This document shows positions 30,708 through 40,996 of a DNA stretch of 64,000 nucleotides, in pieces. How positions within the stretch are numbered: the stretch's first letter is position 1; each line of letters starts with the position of its first letter. A program made the position numbers and the translations under genes. The notes beneath the pieces were generated by a model. It was not told the DNA's origin and ran no database searches. It saw nothing but the letters and a program-made list of their open reading frames with translations. The DNA comes from a virus, in the IMG/VR virus record IMGVR_UViG_3300044695_003856, positions 7,352-71,351 of that record; one strand, written 5' to 3'.

Positions 30708-32081
30708 TTAGGCAGCGTACAACAAACCGTGGTTGTTGGCAGCACGGAGCTCCACACCGATGGACGAGTAGAAGTCCACCGTGAATCCGTCACGTCCGTT
30801 AGCACGGGATGCAGAGGCGCCAGCTTCAGGAGAGGTGATACCTTCCTGGACGGTGCGCCGGAACTCGAGGCTTTGGCCGAGCAAGTCCTGCTTGTAGCGC
30901 AGGTTGATCAGCGGGTTGCCACGGTCGTCGGTACCCATGTTCAAGAACAACATGGCTTTGTCCCAGTTGATACCAGAGGTAGCAGGAGCAGGGAAGAGAG
31001 CCTCGTTGGCGAATGGGTAGTACAGAACGAAGTTCAAGATCTTGTCCATGAACTTGTACTTGGTGATGTTGATACCGGTCATGATGCCTTCGCCGGAGAA
31101 CACTCCAAAGCTGATGCCGCCATTCAAGGTATAGTCACGCAAGGCGAACTGAGCGTCAGCGTAAGCAGAGCTACCGCAAAGAACGGTAAACTCAGATCCT
31201 TGGCTGTTCAAGCACATCAGGCGAACTTGCTCGGCAAGGTCGGTCTCAGCGATGGCAGAGGAGTAGGTTCCTACAACGCCTCCAGCAATGACGCGTGGGA
31301 GGATGCCGTTACCGCCCAATGGGTTGGTCAAGCTATTGACGTTACCGGTGGTTGCAGATCCATTTGACTTCGCAGCCAAGATGTACATTTCACGGTCCAT
31401 GGCCATTTCCTGCATGGTCTCCATCTCGTTGATGTAGTAGTAGGAAGCTTCGCTGTCCGACTTCTTCACCCACTTCATGTTGGAAGCCTGGGTAGTCGAG
31501 CAAGTGACCGCACGACGCATGATGCCCAAGTACTCATTCACCTGGTTTTCTTCCCAAATACGGCCGCTAGGGCTGTTGGAGTATTCAGGTTGCAGGTTGT
31601 ACAAGTGAGCGAACTTCATACCGGCAGACAAGTTGCTGGTGCGTGAGCCAAGGAAGTTGAAGTTAAGCGTTCCGGAAGCAGTTGCTCCACCGCCACCAGT
31701 TACCGCGGTGATTACGCCGTAAGCATCGTTTTCAAAACGAATGACGTCACCAACCAAGAAGGTTGCTTGAATACCGGTGCCAGAAGCGTAAGTCACGGCA
31801 CCAGTCGTGTCGCTGGTAGTTCCCGTAGCGCCAGAGGAGGTGATGGCCTGGCGGAACTTGCCTTTCTCAAACCAGCTGAACACGTCGTTGCCAACAACGG
31901 GGTTCTTGCGGCCGATACGGCTCAAGAGCGTAGTGATGGTGTACTGAGGGAAGCGATACGTGATGTAATCGCTAAAGTCTGGTTTTTGGATTCCACCAAA
32001 AACGTAGGTGCTGTCTACATTACCAGTTCTGATGGTATTGGGAGCAGCGTTGTTTGGGTTGCCTGTATTTACGTAAGCCAT
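30708..32081 (-). CDS. Major capsid protein
   Basis: Follows portal and acidic scaffold; strong codon bias; followed by a terminator; FSWFEKG and GGNGILPRV segments. Confidence 0.8.
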   Translation of the reverse strand: MAYVNTGNPNNAAPNTIRTGNVDSTYVFGGIQKPDFSDYITYRFPQYTITTLLSRIGRKNPVVGNDVFSWFEKGKFRQAITSSGATGTTSDTTGAVTYASGTGIQATFLVGDVIRFENDAYGVITAVTGGGGATASGTLNFNFLGSRTSNLSAGMKFAHLYNLQPEYSNSPSGRIWEENQVNEYLGIMRRAVTCSTTQASNMKWVKKSDSEASYYYINEMETMQEMAMDREMYILAAKSNGSATTGNVNSLTNPLGGNGILPRVIAGGVVGTYSSAIAETDLAEQVRLMCLNSQGSEFTVLCGSSAYADAQFALRDYTLNGGISFGVFSGEGIMTGINITKYKFMDKILNFVLYYPFANEALFPAPATSGINWDKAMLFLNMGTDDRGNPLINLRYKQDLLGQSLEFRRTVQEGITSPEAGASASRANGRDGFTVDFYSSIGVELRAANNHGLLYAA

Positions 32082-32100
32082 TTTGTTTTTTGTTTAAAGT

Positions 32101-33240
32101 TTAAAATAAAGGTTTTTCACCCTTCATCAACCTCTCAACTTCGGATTCAACAAGAGAAAGCGCCTTTCGTGGCGTAACCTCAGCGATGTTAGTCGTCTTG
32201 GGTCGGTCCACGTTGGACAAGTTTTGAATTACAGCGGCTTTTCCTGAGTTCTTGGCACTGCGCGTAGCGTACTCAAGCACCTTGTCGAACATCTCCAATT
32301 TGTAGGCGCTTTGCACCATCTTCTGGAAATCCGGTTCTCCACTAGGCTTCAGGAAGTGCTTAATCTGGAACTCAGTAGCTTTGGCTTTGTCGTTGTAGGT
32401 GGTAAGCATCTTTTCGATGCTCGCCCGGTCTTGGTCTTTGACCTTGACGCGATCTACACGCTCAACGCTCTTGATTGCTATTTTTAGGTTCTCGTCGTAA
32501 GCCCTTTGGCTCTGCTCCGCCTTAATAGCAATCTGTTGCTTCTGAGCATCCTGCTGCAACTTCAAGTCCTTTCGTATCCTCTTCGCGTTAAGGCGAATTT
32601 GGGTCTCGTCAAGGGAGGCCAAGTAATCATCGAGCTCCTCCTTCGAATCGAAGTCGGATTTCAGCTCATACGACAAAAGTTCCACATCGGGAACCGCATC
32701 GTAATCAAAGGAAGCCAAGCCCAGGTAACCGAGCCAGTCTCCCCCCTGCTTCATGATCTCGTTGGCCTCTCGAATCATATCGTTGGCGAAGACGGTCTTG
32801 GTGGATTCTTTCGTTTCCTCCAACTCCTGCTTGAGCTGCTTGAACTTTTCGACAAACTCCGAAGAGTCTTTCACGTCGCTAAGCCCTAACGTCTCAAACT
32901 CCGATTGATACTTGGTAACGAAATCATCTGTTACCGGTATCTCCTTGCCTTCGTCCAGGTCAATGTCGAAATTGAGGTCCTTTTCAGGGTTCTCATCAGC
33001 ATTAACATTTTGATTGCTGTCTTCGTTTGTTTCGGAGACTTCAGGCTCGCCGTCCGGGTCTACATCAACGTCGACTTGAGCCGGAGGCTCAGGCTCTGCA
33101 GGTGGTTCTGCTTGCGCAGCAGGTTGGTCCACAATGCCTTGCGCTCTCAATGCGGCAAGTTCGTTTTCGTCACCACCGGGCGTAGCCGTAGGTGCGTTGC
33201 CCTCCAGCTTCTGGAGAGCCAACAATTCTAAATCTTCCAT
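32101..33240 (-). CDS. Capsid scaffolding protein
   Basis: Very acidic N-terminus plus coiled coil, between portal and capsid genes. Confidence 0.7.
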   Translation of the reverse strand: MEDLELLALQKLEGNAPTATPGGDENELAALRAQGIVDQPAAQAEPPAEPEPPAQVDVDVDPDGEPEVSETNEDSNQNVNADENPEKDLNFDIDLDEGKEIPVTDDFVTKYQSEFETLGLSDVKDSSEFVEKFKQLKQELEETKESTKTVFANDMIREANEIMKQGGDWLGYLGLASFDYDAVPDVELLSYELKSDFDSKEELDDYLASLDETQIRLNAKRIRKDLKLQQDAQKQQIAIKAEQSQRAYDENLKIAIKSVERVDRVKVKDQDRASIEKMLTTYNDKAKATEFQIKHFLKPSGEPDFQKMVQSAYKLEMFDKVLEYATRSAKNSGKAAVIQNLSNVDRPKTTNIAEVTPRKALSLVESEVERLMKGEKPLF

Positions 33241-33246
33241 AAGTGT

Positions 33247-35472
33247 TTATTGGTTTTTTTGTTCTTTCAAAGCCTCCATGATGAGGTTGAAGTTCTGCTC
33301 CTGCTCCTTTTTGAGCATGTCGAGTTGAGTTTGTTGCTCCATGGTACGGCTCTTTAACTCTTCTCTTAACACCTGAAGCTGGCCTTTGTTCTCGGAACGA
33401 GCGCGATCCACCTGGATTTGCTTCTCCGTGTCTCCCATAATCTGCTGCTGTACAGCCTGTTGTTGCATGGCCATCTGCTGCTTTTGGGCTTGCTGCCCTT
33501 GGGCTGCTTTCCGGTCCGCCAACGCCAGGAACTTCTTAACACTTTCCTTTGTGTCAGGATTGAACAATAGAACCATCGCCTCAGCGATGCTCAAGCTGTT
33601 CGCCTGGACGGCTGCACTGACGAGCTGTTCAAACTTCTGACGGTTGTTCATGATGTCGTCAGAATTGACTTTCACGAAGATGCCATAGTCCTGCAATGGA
33701 ATTTCATCGTCCACCTCCATGATGTCAATGCCGATCTGAGAAACAATCGGCTCGTACTGCTCCTTGAGGAATGGGAAGATGGTCTTGATGTAGTTCGCGT
33801 ACTTCTGCAGCAGTTCGTTCTCGAAAATCTCGAAAGCCTTGTTCAAAGGCTGTGTTATCAAACTGCTCTGCATTACGGCCATTTGGCTCACACCAACCAA
33901 AGCATCGCCCTTCTGGAAACCCTGACGCGCATCGTTGATGCCGGAGATCTTGTCAATCTCCATGTCGATGTAGCTCGCTAGGTTCAGGTACAGGTTGATG
34001 GAATTGGAAATACCGGTATCAATACTCGGGAATGGATTGCCCGCCGGAGGAACGCCCTCCTGGCCGCTACTCGTAAAGGCAATACCGGCCGTCTTCAAAT
34101 AGTACATGATGTCCTGCAACTGCAGGTTGTCCGGCTTGTAACGCAAGTCGTAGACAAATCCTTTACGGCCGGCCGAAGACATCTCCTGCTGCACCGTGTA
34201 CATGATCAAGTCCTTGAACTCCTGCAACGCGGCCATCTCTTCCACCTTCGAAACACTGCGGAAGTTCACATACTGCGGGGAGATAATCGTGTAGCTGTAC
34301 TCCGCCCTGACGGGGTTGTCCACGCTGTCCCTTACGATATTGTTGGCCTCACCCCACTCTTTCACAATGCTGGAACCCACCAGGGTGGCTTTCCGGATCG
34401 TCTCGACGTTTCGCTCCTCAATCCTTCCACCGGCTTCCTTTTCCTTGTCGCTCAGCTTAGCCTTCTCCCCTTTTCCTAGGATCTTGACGTGCTCCCCGCC
34501 ATACTGGTCCACGGTGACCTTGGCCCTCACCTGGCGGATGTCTCGCCATTCGGCGTAGAACACCAAGCACATGAACTGGTTGTTCACGGTAATGTAGGGT
34601 AGCAGGAAGTTGGTGCCGTTCTGCGAATAACCACCCCAGAGCCAAGAGCCTTGGTCGTAGCGGATGCTGTTCAGCTCTTCAAGCGTCAAACCATAGGTGT
34701 CGCAGACCTCCGTGACCGGAGCGTAGCGCCACTCGCCAATAAAGGCCGATGTGCTGAAGCTGTCGTCAAAGACATACGGGTCCGCAATCACATACCTCGG
34801 GTCTACCCGACGGATGTGTGGTTTTCCATACCTCAACTCATGCTTCCCAATGGCCCGGCCGACAATCAAGATGTCTCGCCAAAAGGCGAGCCTCGTCTGC
34901 ACGTACTTGTCTCGCTCCACCTCGTAGCGGAGAATCGAGTCCATGGTCCGCTCAATCGGCTCCTTGTAGGAGGACTTCATGTACAACTCCAACTCTTCGT
35001 CGGAGTAGGGCATGAATGCCGGTTCCTTCATCTCCATGAGTTCCCCCGTAGGGTCAATCTGAGGCATCACCATGGCCATAATCTTCTCAGCCATAATCTG
35101 AGCCTTCTTCTTCATCTTCCGCGACACTGCGTCGCGGTTTAACGTCTTGCAGCTTACGTCCAGCTTCTGGACCGCCACCTCTCCCTCCAACAGGTTAATC
35201 TTGTTGCGGATCTTGTTGTAGTTAATCCACAAGGCCGGCAAGCTCTTGCCGTTGTAGTCTTTCTGCAGGAAGTCAAACTTTTTGGACAAGTCATAATCTC
35301 CATTGTAGAAGTTCATGCTCTTGTCCATGGCGGTATAGAGGTTCGGGATGTACCCGTTGGCGACCGTTTGTCCCAGAATCGCCAGGATAGCGTTCTTGTG
35401 GTAATCCTCCCCTTTCTGGGAGTCTGGTACCCACATGTTGGGGAAAGTGGTCTGGATCGCTTCTGCGCTCAT
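33247..35472 (-). CDS. Portal protein (crAss-like)
   Basis: PALWINYNKIRNKINLLEGE, ISGINDARQG and Q-rich C-terminus; follows TerL. Confidence 0.85.
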   Translation of the reverse strand: MSAEAIQTTFPNMWVPDSQKGEDYHKNAILAILGQTVANGYIPNLYTAMDKSMNFYNGDYDLSKKFDFLQKDYNGKSLPALWINYNKIRNKINLLEGEVAVQKLDVSCKTLNRDAVSRKMKKKAQIMAEKIMAMVMPQIDPTGELMEMKEPAFMPYSDEELELYMKSSYKEPIERTMDSILRYEVERDKYVQTRLAFWRDILIVGRAIGKHELRYGKPHIRRVDPRYVIADPYVFDDSFSTSAFIGEWRYAPVTEVCDTYGLTLEELNSIRYDQGSWLWGGYSQNGTNFLLPYITVNNQFMCLVFYAEWRDIRQVRAKVTVDQYGGEHVKILGKGEKAKLSDKEKEAGGRIEERNVETIRKATLVGSSIVKEWGEANNIVRDSVDNPVRAEYSYTIISPQYVNFRSVSKVEEMAALQEFKDLIMYTVQQEMSSAGRKGFVYDLRYKPDNLQLQDIMYYLKTAGIAFTSSGQEGVPPAGNPFPSIDTGISNSINLYLNLASYIDMEIDKISGINDARQGFQKGDALVGVSQMAVMQSSLITQPLNKAFEIFENELLQKYANYIKTIFPFLKEQYEPIVSQIGIDIMEVDDEIPLQDYGIFVKVNSDDIMNNRQKFEQLVSAAVQANSLSIAEAMVLLFNPDTKESVKKFLALADRKAAQGQQAQKQQMAMQQQAVQQQIMGDTEKQIQVDRARSENKGQLQVLREELKSRTMEQQTQLDMLKKEQEQNFNLIMEALKEQKNQ

Positions 35473-37352
35473 TTACGTTCTAATTTGCCCTCTTTGTTGG
35501 TGACGTACCCCAACCCAGCAAAAAGGTTGTCATCCGTCTTTTTTCTTAACAAACGGCTTTTAGATGCGGTTCGTAAGTTAATCAAAGTTAGACCCCATGC
35601 GTCAACGCGGTCGTACTTCCGCTTCCGGTTCTCAGGGTTGTAATTCGCCAAATCCGCCAACAAGTCTCCAAAAAAGTACTGCTCGATGTTGTTCGAGATG
35701 TCGTCATCCAAGATGCCAATCATTTGGTCTTGAATCATTTCGTCCATGTAAACGCCGTACTCGACGCTGTTCCCCGGCCGGGCTAATTTGCCAATCTTGG
35801 GTGGCTTTTTCGCCAAAAACCTAGCCAGCTCCCGGTCCTGGAAGTAGGCGATCATCCTGGCTCTGTTCCTCTCAATCAGCACCGTGCAAGGGTTCTTCTT
35901 GCTGTAGTACTCCAGAGCCAATGCGCATTGCTCGTACGCTTCGTTCATGTCCTTGGGCTTCGCCGTGTACTGCAGGACAGCCCCCTGGCTGGCCGTTTCT
36001 TCATCCAAAGACAAACCCTTCGCGATAAAGAACGACAGGTCCGACCCGGACCCTTCCTTCTTGGCGCCATCCGTAGGGTCACAACCGGCCGCATACAGCA
36101 CGTCGTCCTCCGGCTCCTCGCGCATGATGATGTCCCCATCCTCCTTGGGGATGAAGACGACCTTGTCGTTGGACTTACGGAATACACCACGCTTGAGCAG
36201 TGGCGGATTTGTGTCCAAGAATCCCATCCGGTTATTGAGCAGCTCCACATCAAAGGGCGACTCACCCACCTGGATGAACATCTCCTCGGGTTCCAATGGG
36301 TACTGCACCACGAAGTCGTAATATCGCTTCATAGACTGCTTTTTCTTCTTCTCACGCTCGCTGAGGATGTACTTGAGCCCCTCAATCACGTTCTCGTTAC
36401 CAAAGTCCCCCTCGATCATGAAACCGCTCCACCCTGCGGCAAAGTATCTCTTCAGGCCATAGCTCTCCGCGTTGTACCAGAAGTCCTTGAAGTCGTCCCC
36501 ATTCTCCGCTGCATCTCCGGCCGTACCGGCCAGGATGGGTACGCCCTTCCTTGTGATACCATCATCGGCCGCCAATGCCGGCTCCGTGTAGGACCAGTTC
36601 TGCTTCAACTGCCCAGGCAACCACTTGCCAGGCTCTTCGTACACCACCATGCGCATACCGGCACCCTCAAAGGATGTCGGCTCGGGGGAACGGCCGAAGA
36701 TGACTGAGTTCAGCCCCACCTTCCGGATGTTGCCATCCTTGTCGCGCACTTTCTTGGAAAGGTCTAGCCTGGACGCGGAGTTCCCAGCCAGTGACGTAGC
36801 CCGGAGGAAAGCCGGTAGGTTGTTGTAACCGGTCTTCAGTACGTCGTTCATGAACTTCTTCATGTCCTCCTCAGTCTTGGACGTAAAACCAATCTCCGAG
36901 TACGGGTTGTGGATTGCCGTGCAGTACATGGCGTTAGCCAGGCTGTACGACTTACCCCAACGTCTTCGTCCGCCCAGGATGACTCCTTTACCGGTGTTGT
37001 CCTCGTACAAGTCGGAACCACCGTAGAGGCACGACTCAATCAAGTTGAAGAACTCGGCGTTGCAGCGCCGAAACTCCGGGGAGATAAGACCTCCGTTCTT
37101 GGACTTCATCTTCCAGAAATAGGTGTACATGTACATCATTCCGCAGATGCCGTTGTACCCAAACCGGGTTCTTCGTATCTGCTCATGTTCCCACTTGGCT
37201 TGCTCCGTCTTGTTGGAGAAGCTCGGGATGATCATGCGCTGAGGTTTGTACGTAGACATCTCCAAGGCACCAATCTTGTCAAGGTAGTGCTTGACCCGAT
37301 CGTTGACATCGTAAGCCTGGTTGTACAGAAAGTCAATAAGGCTCTGCTTCAT
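35469..37352 (-). CDS. terL: Terminase large subunit
   Basis: Walker A GRRRWGKS, Walker B VVYEEPG, GTAG coupling motif, nuclease AGCDP and YDRVDA. Confidence 0.9.
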   Translation of the reverse strand: MKQSLIDFLYNQAYDVNDRVKHYLDKIGALEMSTYKPQRMIIPSFSNKTEQAKWEHEQIRRTRFGYNGICGMMYMYTYFWKMKSKNGGLISPEFRRCNAEFFNLIESCLYGGSDLYEDNTGKGVILGGRRRWGKSYSLANAMYCTAIHNPYSEIGFTSKTEEDMKKFMNDVLKTGYNNLPAFLRATSLAGNSASRLDLSKKVRDKDGNIRKVGLNSVIFGRSPEPTSFEGAGMRMVVYEEPGKWLPGQLKQNWSYTEPALAADDGITRKGVPILAGTAGDAAENGDDFKDFWYNAESYGLKRYFAAGWSGFMIEGDFGNENVIEGLKYILSEREKKKKQSMKRYYDFVVQYPLEPEEMFIQVGESPFDVELLNNRMGFLDTNPPLLKRGVFRKSNDKVVFIPKEDGDIIMREEPEDDVLYAAGCDPTDGAKKEGSGSDLSFFIAKGLSLDEETASQGAVLQYTAKPKDMNEAYEQCALALEYYSKKNPCTVLIERNRARMIAYFQDRELARFLAKKPPKIGKLARPGNSVEYGVYMDEMIQDQMIGILDDDISNNIEQYFFGDLLADLANYNPENRKRKYDRVDAWGLTLINLRTASKSRLLRKKTDDNLFAGLGYVTNKEGKLERK

Positions 37353-37828
37353 GCGTGGAAGTCGTCAATTGCCGACATGCTACCCACTTCGCTGTCCTGC
37401 GGTTGCTCCATGTTCATCTCGTTGTTGATGAGAAGCTCGATGGCTTTGCGTTGCTTGGTGAGGTCTATGAGCGAAGCAGAAAGCTTCTTGATCTCGTCAG
37501 CCTCTAAGCCGGCAGCACCCTTGAGTCGTTTACGAATCTCGGAGAGAGCTGCCTCTAGGGCTTCCAGTGACTCCCTTTCGGAACCAATGCCCTGCATCTC
37601 GTAGTATGCTTCGATGTACTTGTCCATCTTGTCCTTGCGGATAGAAGCCACAGAGCCAATGGCTCGTTGGTAGCGTTCATCTGGACCTAGGTTCTTGTAG
37701 GGAGACTTCCAGTCTGCGTAGAGGGCCACGAACTTAAACTCGTCCGATGTGATGCCCTTGAACTGCGGAAGGATGGAAAGGTGAGGGTTGTCGTCAAAGA
37801 CGTCCTCTTGACTTATCTTAAATAGCAT
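37349..37828 (-). CDS. Putative terminase small subunit
   Basis: Directly upstream of TerL with ATGA overlap; helical sequence. Confidence 0.5.
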   Translation of the reverse strand: MLFKISQEDVFDDNPHLSILPQFKGITSDEFKFVALYADWKSPYKNLGPDERYQRAIGSVASIRKDKMDKYIEAYYEMQGIGSERESLEALEAALSEIRKRLKGAAGLEADEIKKLSASLIDLTKQRKAIELLINNEMNMEQPQDSEVGSMSAIDDFHA

Positions 37829-37833
37829 GCACT

Positions 37834-37862
37834 ATTAACCAAGAAAAAGGGATTCCGTTTCC
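37834..37862 (-). promoter_or_regulatory. Putative phage-sigma late promoter GGAAAC-N17-GTTAAT
   Basis: Motif match upstream of the TerS-like gene. Confidence 0.55.
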
Positions 37863-39146
37863 TTAGAATTGCTGCTCTCGAATAACCAATGCGTAACGAA
37901 GGAACGACTTTGACTGACCTCCTGGTACTGGCGTTGATAGACTAAATGGCACCACGACCCCATTAGCCGTACTTAACTGGTTAGAAGCCCAAACTATAGA
38001 ATCAACGGGCACATAAGAGGCAATATTAAATGGATCTCCAGACGCATAACGAAGATTTGAGTGAATCGCCAATAAAGCATCCCTTGAAGGCAAAACCCAA
38101 TCGGTGTAAGTTACTCCTTCAACCGTCGCACTAAAGGCTAGGGCATCGACAGAGGCGCCAGTTCCTGTTGCGGTTGTAGCAATAAGGCTTGTATTTGTAG
38201 AACTAGATGCAATCAAGACGCTTCCGGATGCCGCCCCAGCGACATTTACACCAGTAACGGCGACTTGAGGCGTACTCCAAACAATTCCCGTGCTTAACAC
38301 ATTCTCGTACAAAACATAAGCTTTTTTTGTTGATGTGTCAACATGAAATATTACTCCACCAAAAGACCTATCCCCAATTTGCGGGATTCTTCCAAGGGTT
38401 GGCCAAGAAAGGACGTTAATTTTGGTGTTTGTCAAAAGACCATTTGCATTTGCAAAAGATGTGTTTTGCGTTACAACTTGAATGGACGATGCCGCTTCAG
38501 CGGCTGTAGCCCTAATGATAGGCACCGCCGATCCAGTTGGCGCACTAACAAATACTGAAGCATTGTTTAAAACAACGCCCGTAGGGAAAGAAAATCCGTA
38601 AGAACCAACTCCAACGTAAGTCCCCGTTACCTGCGCGGTTGTTAGTCCAACATTGCTGTAGACTCCATTGACGACCGGCGCATTTGTGCCAGTCTGAGTT
38701 ACATCTAGACTAATAAAGCTAAAAGGGGAATCGTTCGACCTTGATTCAACAATGATGTCACTTTGACCCTTTAAAGTGGTAAAGTTTACTGGCGCGCTAG
38801 CCGGCTGGTTCATCACGACCAAGGTGGCAAAGCCCGATTTTGTCAACTGACTAATATATGACGAGTTAACCAAGACCTCTCCATTAGCCGAAGGCCATGC
38901 CGAAGGACCAGTCCTCGTTGGGGTTCCAATGGAAACAAACTGCCCAAGTCCTTGCGAAAACTGCCCCGACTTAAAGGACTGAATGGTGTCGTTAGACACC
39001 CTCAAGTCGCCATTTGTGAACACCACTGCCGTCTTATTGGTCTGCGTAGTGTACATGTAGACAATCTGTGATGCGTTAATCGCACATGGAGAGTCGGGGA
39101 CTCCATTGGTACCAATGAAGTTAAAGTAGATTAGCTTTGCGCTCAT
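37863..39146 (-). CDS. Putative virion protein with C-terminal DUF1566/Lcl-like domain
   Basis: IGDRSFGGVIFHVD...YTDWVLPSRDAL...WASNQ...VIREQQF. Confidence 0.5.
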   Translation of the reverse strand: MSAKLIYFNFIGTNGVPDSPCAINASQIVYMYTTQTNKTAVVFTNGDLRVSNDTIQSFKSGQFSQGLGQFVSIGTPTRTGPSAWPSANGEVLVNSSYISQLTKSGFATLVVMNQPASAPVNFTTLKGQSDIIVESRSNDSPFSFISLDVTQTGTNAPVVNGVYSNVGLTTAQVTGTYVGVGSYGFSFPTGVVLNNASVFVSAPTGSAVPIIRATAAEAASSIQVVTQNTSFANANGLLTNTKINVLSWPTLGRIPQIGDRSFGGVIFHVDTSTKKAYVLYENVLSTGIVWSTPQVAVTGVNVAGAASGSVLIASSSTNTSLIATTATGTGASVDALAFSATVEGVTYTDWVLPSRDALLAIHSNLRYASGDPFNIASYVPVDSIVWASNQLSTANGVVVPFSLSTPVPGGQSKSFLRYALVIREQQF

Positions 39147-39159
39147 GTCGGTTTAGTGC

Positions 39160-39867
39160 TTAGAAGCCTGGGATAATGTCTGTAAGTAAGTCCGTAGAAG
39201 CTAATACCAGGCTGTCTGGTGTGTCCAAGTAAATCTCCGAAACAACGCCTGTGACACCTGCGTCGATAAATCGGCGGTCGGCCGCAATAACTCCAGCAGA
39301 CTTTAGGGTTTTAAATGCGATAATAGAACCAGACGCTCCGTTTGTAGAAGAATTAAGAACTCGGTTTCCGTTAATAAAGGTTAACCGGAATGGAACTGAC
39401 AGCGTTTTAATATCGTTGCTGGTCGTTGCTCTTGTGCTCAAATCCGCAGGAGTACTTGTAATCGCAAACTCGTAGCACTTGTCCCTGTGTTTGTACTGAA
39501 CATTCGAAGACCCGGACGCCGTAAGGTAAGCCACGGCGATGTTCTCAATGTTGATGATGAATGTGCCGGTAGCTGTTCCAACTCCTGTAACAGGAGCATC
39601 GTACTTGCCGATACCACTCACCGAACTTGTAACCTGGGTGAGTGTGCCTGAAGTACCCGTTAAGTTAGCATAAGACCCCGTGGTAATGGTAGCCACACGA
39701 TCTGCACCAATCTGTGCGTCGTAGAACTCTACATACCTGTTGCTCCCCGAGCCGGAATAGGCCCACTTAAAGTCATCCGAGGAAATGGCCGTGACTCTCA
39801 GCGTATTACCCGTGAGAGCGGTACCGTTGTTATTAATTACTTCTTGAAAGCGAATTGCACTTGCCAT
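39160..39867 (-). CDS. Putative virion structural protein
   Basis: Thr/Ser/Gly-rich; under a late-type promoter. Confidence 0.5.
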   Translation of the reverse strand: MASAIRFQEVINNNGTALTGNTLRVTAISSDDFKWAYSGSGSNRYVEFYDAQIGADRVATITTGSYANLTGTSGTLTQVTSSVSGIGKYDAPVTGVGTATGTFIINIENIAVAYLTASGSSNVQYKHRDKCYEFAITSTPADLSTRATTSNDIKTLSVPFRLTFINGNRVLNSSTNGASGSIIAFKTLKSAGVIAADRRFIDAGVTGVVSEIYLDTPDSLVLASTDLLTDIIPGF

Positions 39868-39887
39868 AGTTTTGTTAGTTCTGAAAC

Positions 39888-39915
39888 ATTAACAATACGG
39901 CCTTGGCGATGGTTC
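39888..39915 (-). promoter_or_regulatory. Putative phage-sigma late promoter GAAC-N18-GTTAAT
   Basis: Minus strand reads GAACCATCGCCAAGGCCGTATTGTTAAT. Confidence 0.65.
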
Positions 39916-40252
39916 ACTCCTCGTCTTCCCCGAAGACGTCATCAAAGCCATGGTCGATCTCAATGATCGCCCCAAGCATCGTGAGTAGCTTGTCGCAGAA
40001 CTCTTCGTCCGCCCAATCAATCATCCCCCAGTAGCAAACCACAGGCCCATCCAACGTCTCCGTCTCAAAGACCTTCGTCTCGTCATCAAAAGACACAATC
40101 TCCGCGTACTGCACAATGCTGTACCGGTCATCCGCATGGGGAACCACCTTGTGCGTAGCGCTCTCCCAATAGCCAGGTCCATCCGACCCTTCGTCCAACC
40201 ATGAACGCCGATGGAACTCAAATCCGTAATGCTCCAAGATATGCTCACTCAT
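39914..40252 (-). CDS. Acidic hypothetical protein
   Basis: ORF coupled to the upstream gene. Confidence 0.55.
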   Translation of the reverse strand: MSEHILEHYGFEFHRRSWLDEGSDGPGYWESATHKVVPHADDRYSIVQYAEIVSFDDETKVFETETLDGPVVCYWGMIDWADEEFCDKLLTMLGAIIEIDHGFDDVFGEDEE

Positions 40253-40514
40253 GGTCTAAGATCCTCCGTTTGTAGTTGCTGCTCTCCAATAAAGCCCTGT
40301 AACGGCTCTCAAACACCGAAAGAGGCGTATGAACCATCTCCTCGTACAAGCCGTAGTCCCTCGGCTTCACGAACAACGCATGCTCCCACATGACGCTGTC
40401 AAACTTCGTGTCCGGGTCCATGGCCAACCTCTCGTAGTAGTCCTCCATCAACTCCACCACCACGCCGGGGTGGAAGTTTAAATGCACTTTTGTCATACCA
40501 CCATAACACCTCAA
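40245..40514 (-). CDS. Hypothetical protein
   Basis: ORF in an operon; start uncertain. Confidence 0.5.
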   Translation of the reverse strand: MRCYGGMTKVHLNFHPGVVVELMEDYYERLAMDPDTKFDSVMWEHALFVKPRDYGLYEEMVHTPLSVFESRYRALLESSNYKRRILDHE

Positions 40515-40954
40515 CCCCGTCCAAGTTCCGAATCACCCAACTTTTCCCCAAATAAGTACTTCCCCCGATCCCCCACAAAGACCAAACGATGGTTTACCAA
40601 CCACTCATTCCCCGATCGAACCAACAACCCCTCCCGAACCAATGCCTTCACAGCCTTGTGGTAGGCCGACCGATCGGCCGTCTTCCCAAGCTGTACCTGG
40701 CAGAAGTCCTGATAGCTCGTAAAACTCAATGCGACGACCCTGGAGCCACTTTTAAGACGCTGGAGTACGTGCATAGCCAACTGCAACTCGGAGGGCTTAA
40801 AACGCATTAAAACGTCTATAGCGGGTAAGAACAGCTTAACGAACCTACCGCGGTCCCAAGTGGACCCGCTATGAACCCTTACGTGCTCATCAGAGATGAA
40901 CTTCTCCCCAGTCTCCTCATCCAACAGAGAACGCTTCCGTACGTATTTAGCCAT
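40511..40954 (-). CDS. RepL-like winged-helix DNA-binding protein
   Basis: DEETGE, FVKLF, YHKAVKALVREGLL...WLVNHRLVFVGDR; start moved to ATG at 40954. Confidence 0.6.
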   Translation of the reverse strand: MAKYVRKRSLLDEETGEKFISDEHVRVHSGSTWDRGRFVKLFLPAIDVLMRFKPSELQLAMHVLQRLKSGSRVVALSFTSYQDFCQVQLGKTADRSAYHKAVKALVREGLLVRSGNEWLVNHRLVFVGDRGKYLFGEKLGDSELGRG

Positions 40955-40996
40955 GCTACAAAGATAACCCAAATGACCTACTTGGGTTCCCAAAAT

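Noticed and set aside
2374-37604. Long antisense ORFs such as 2374..3195, 30729..31367, 35928..36707 and 36909..37604
   Set aside because: They are shadows of codon-biased real genes on the opposite strand and show no recognisable motifs.
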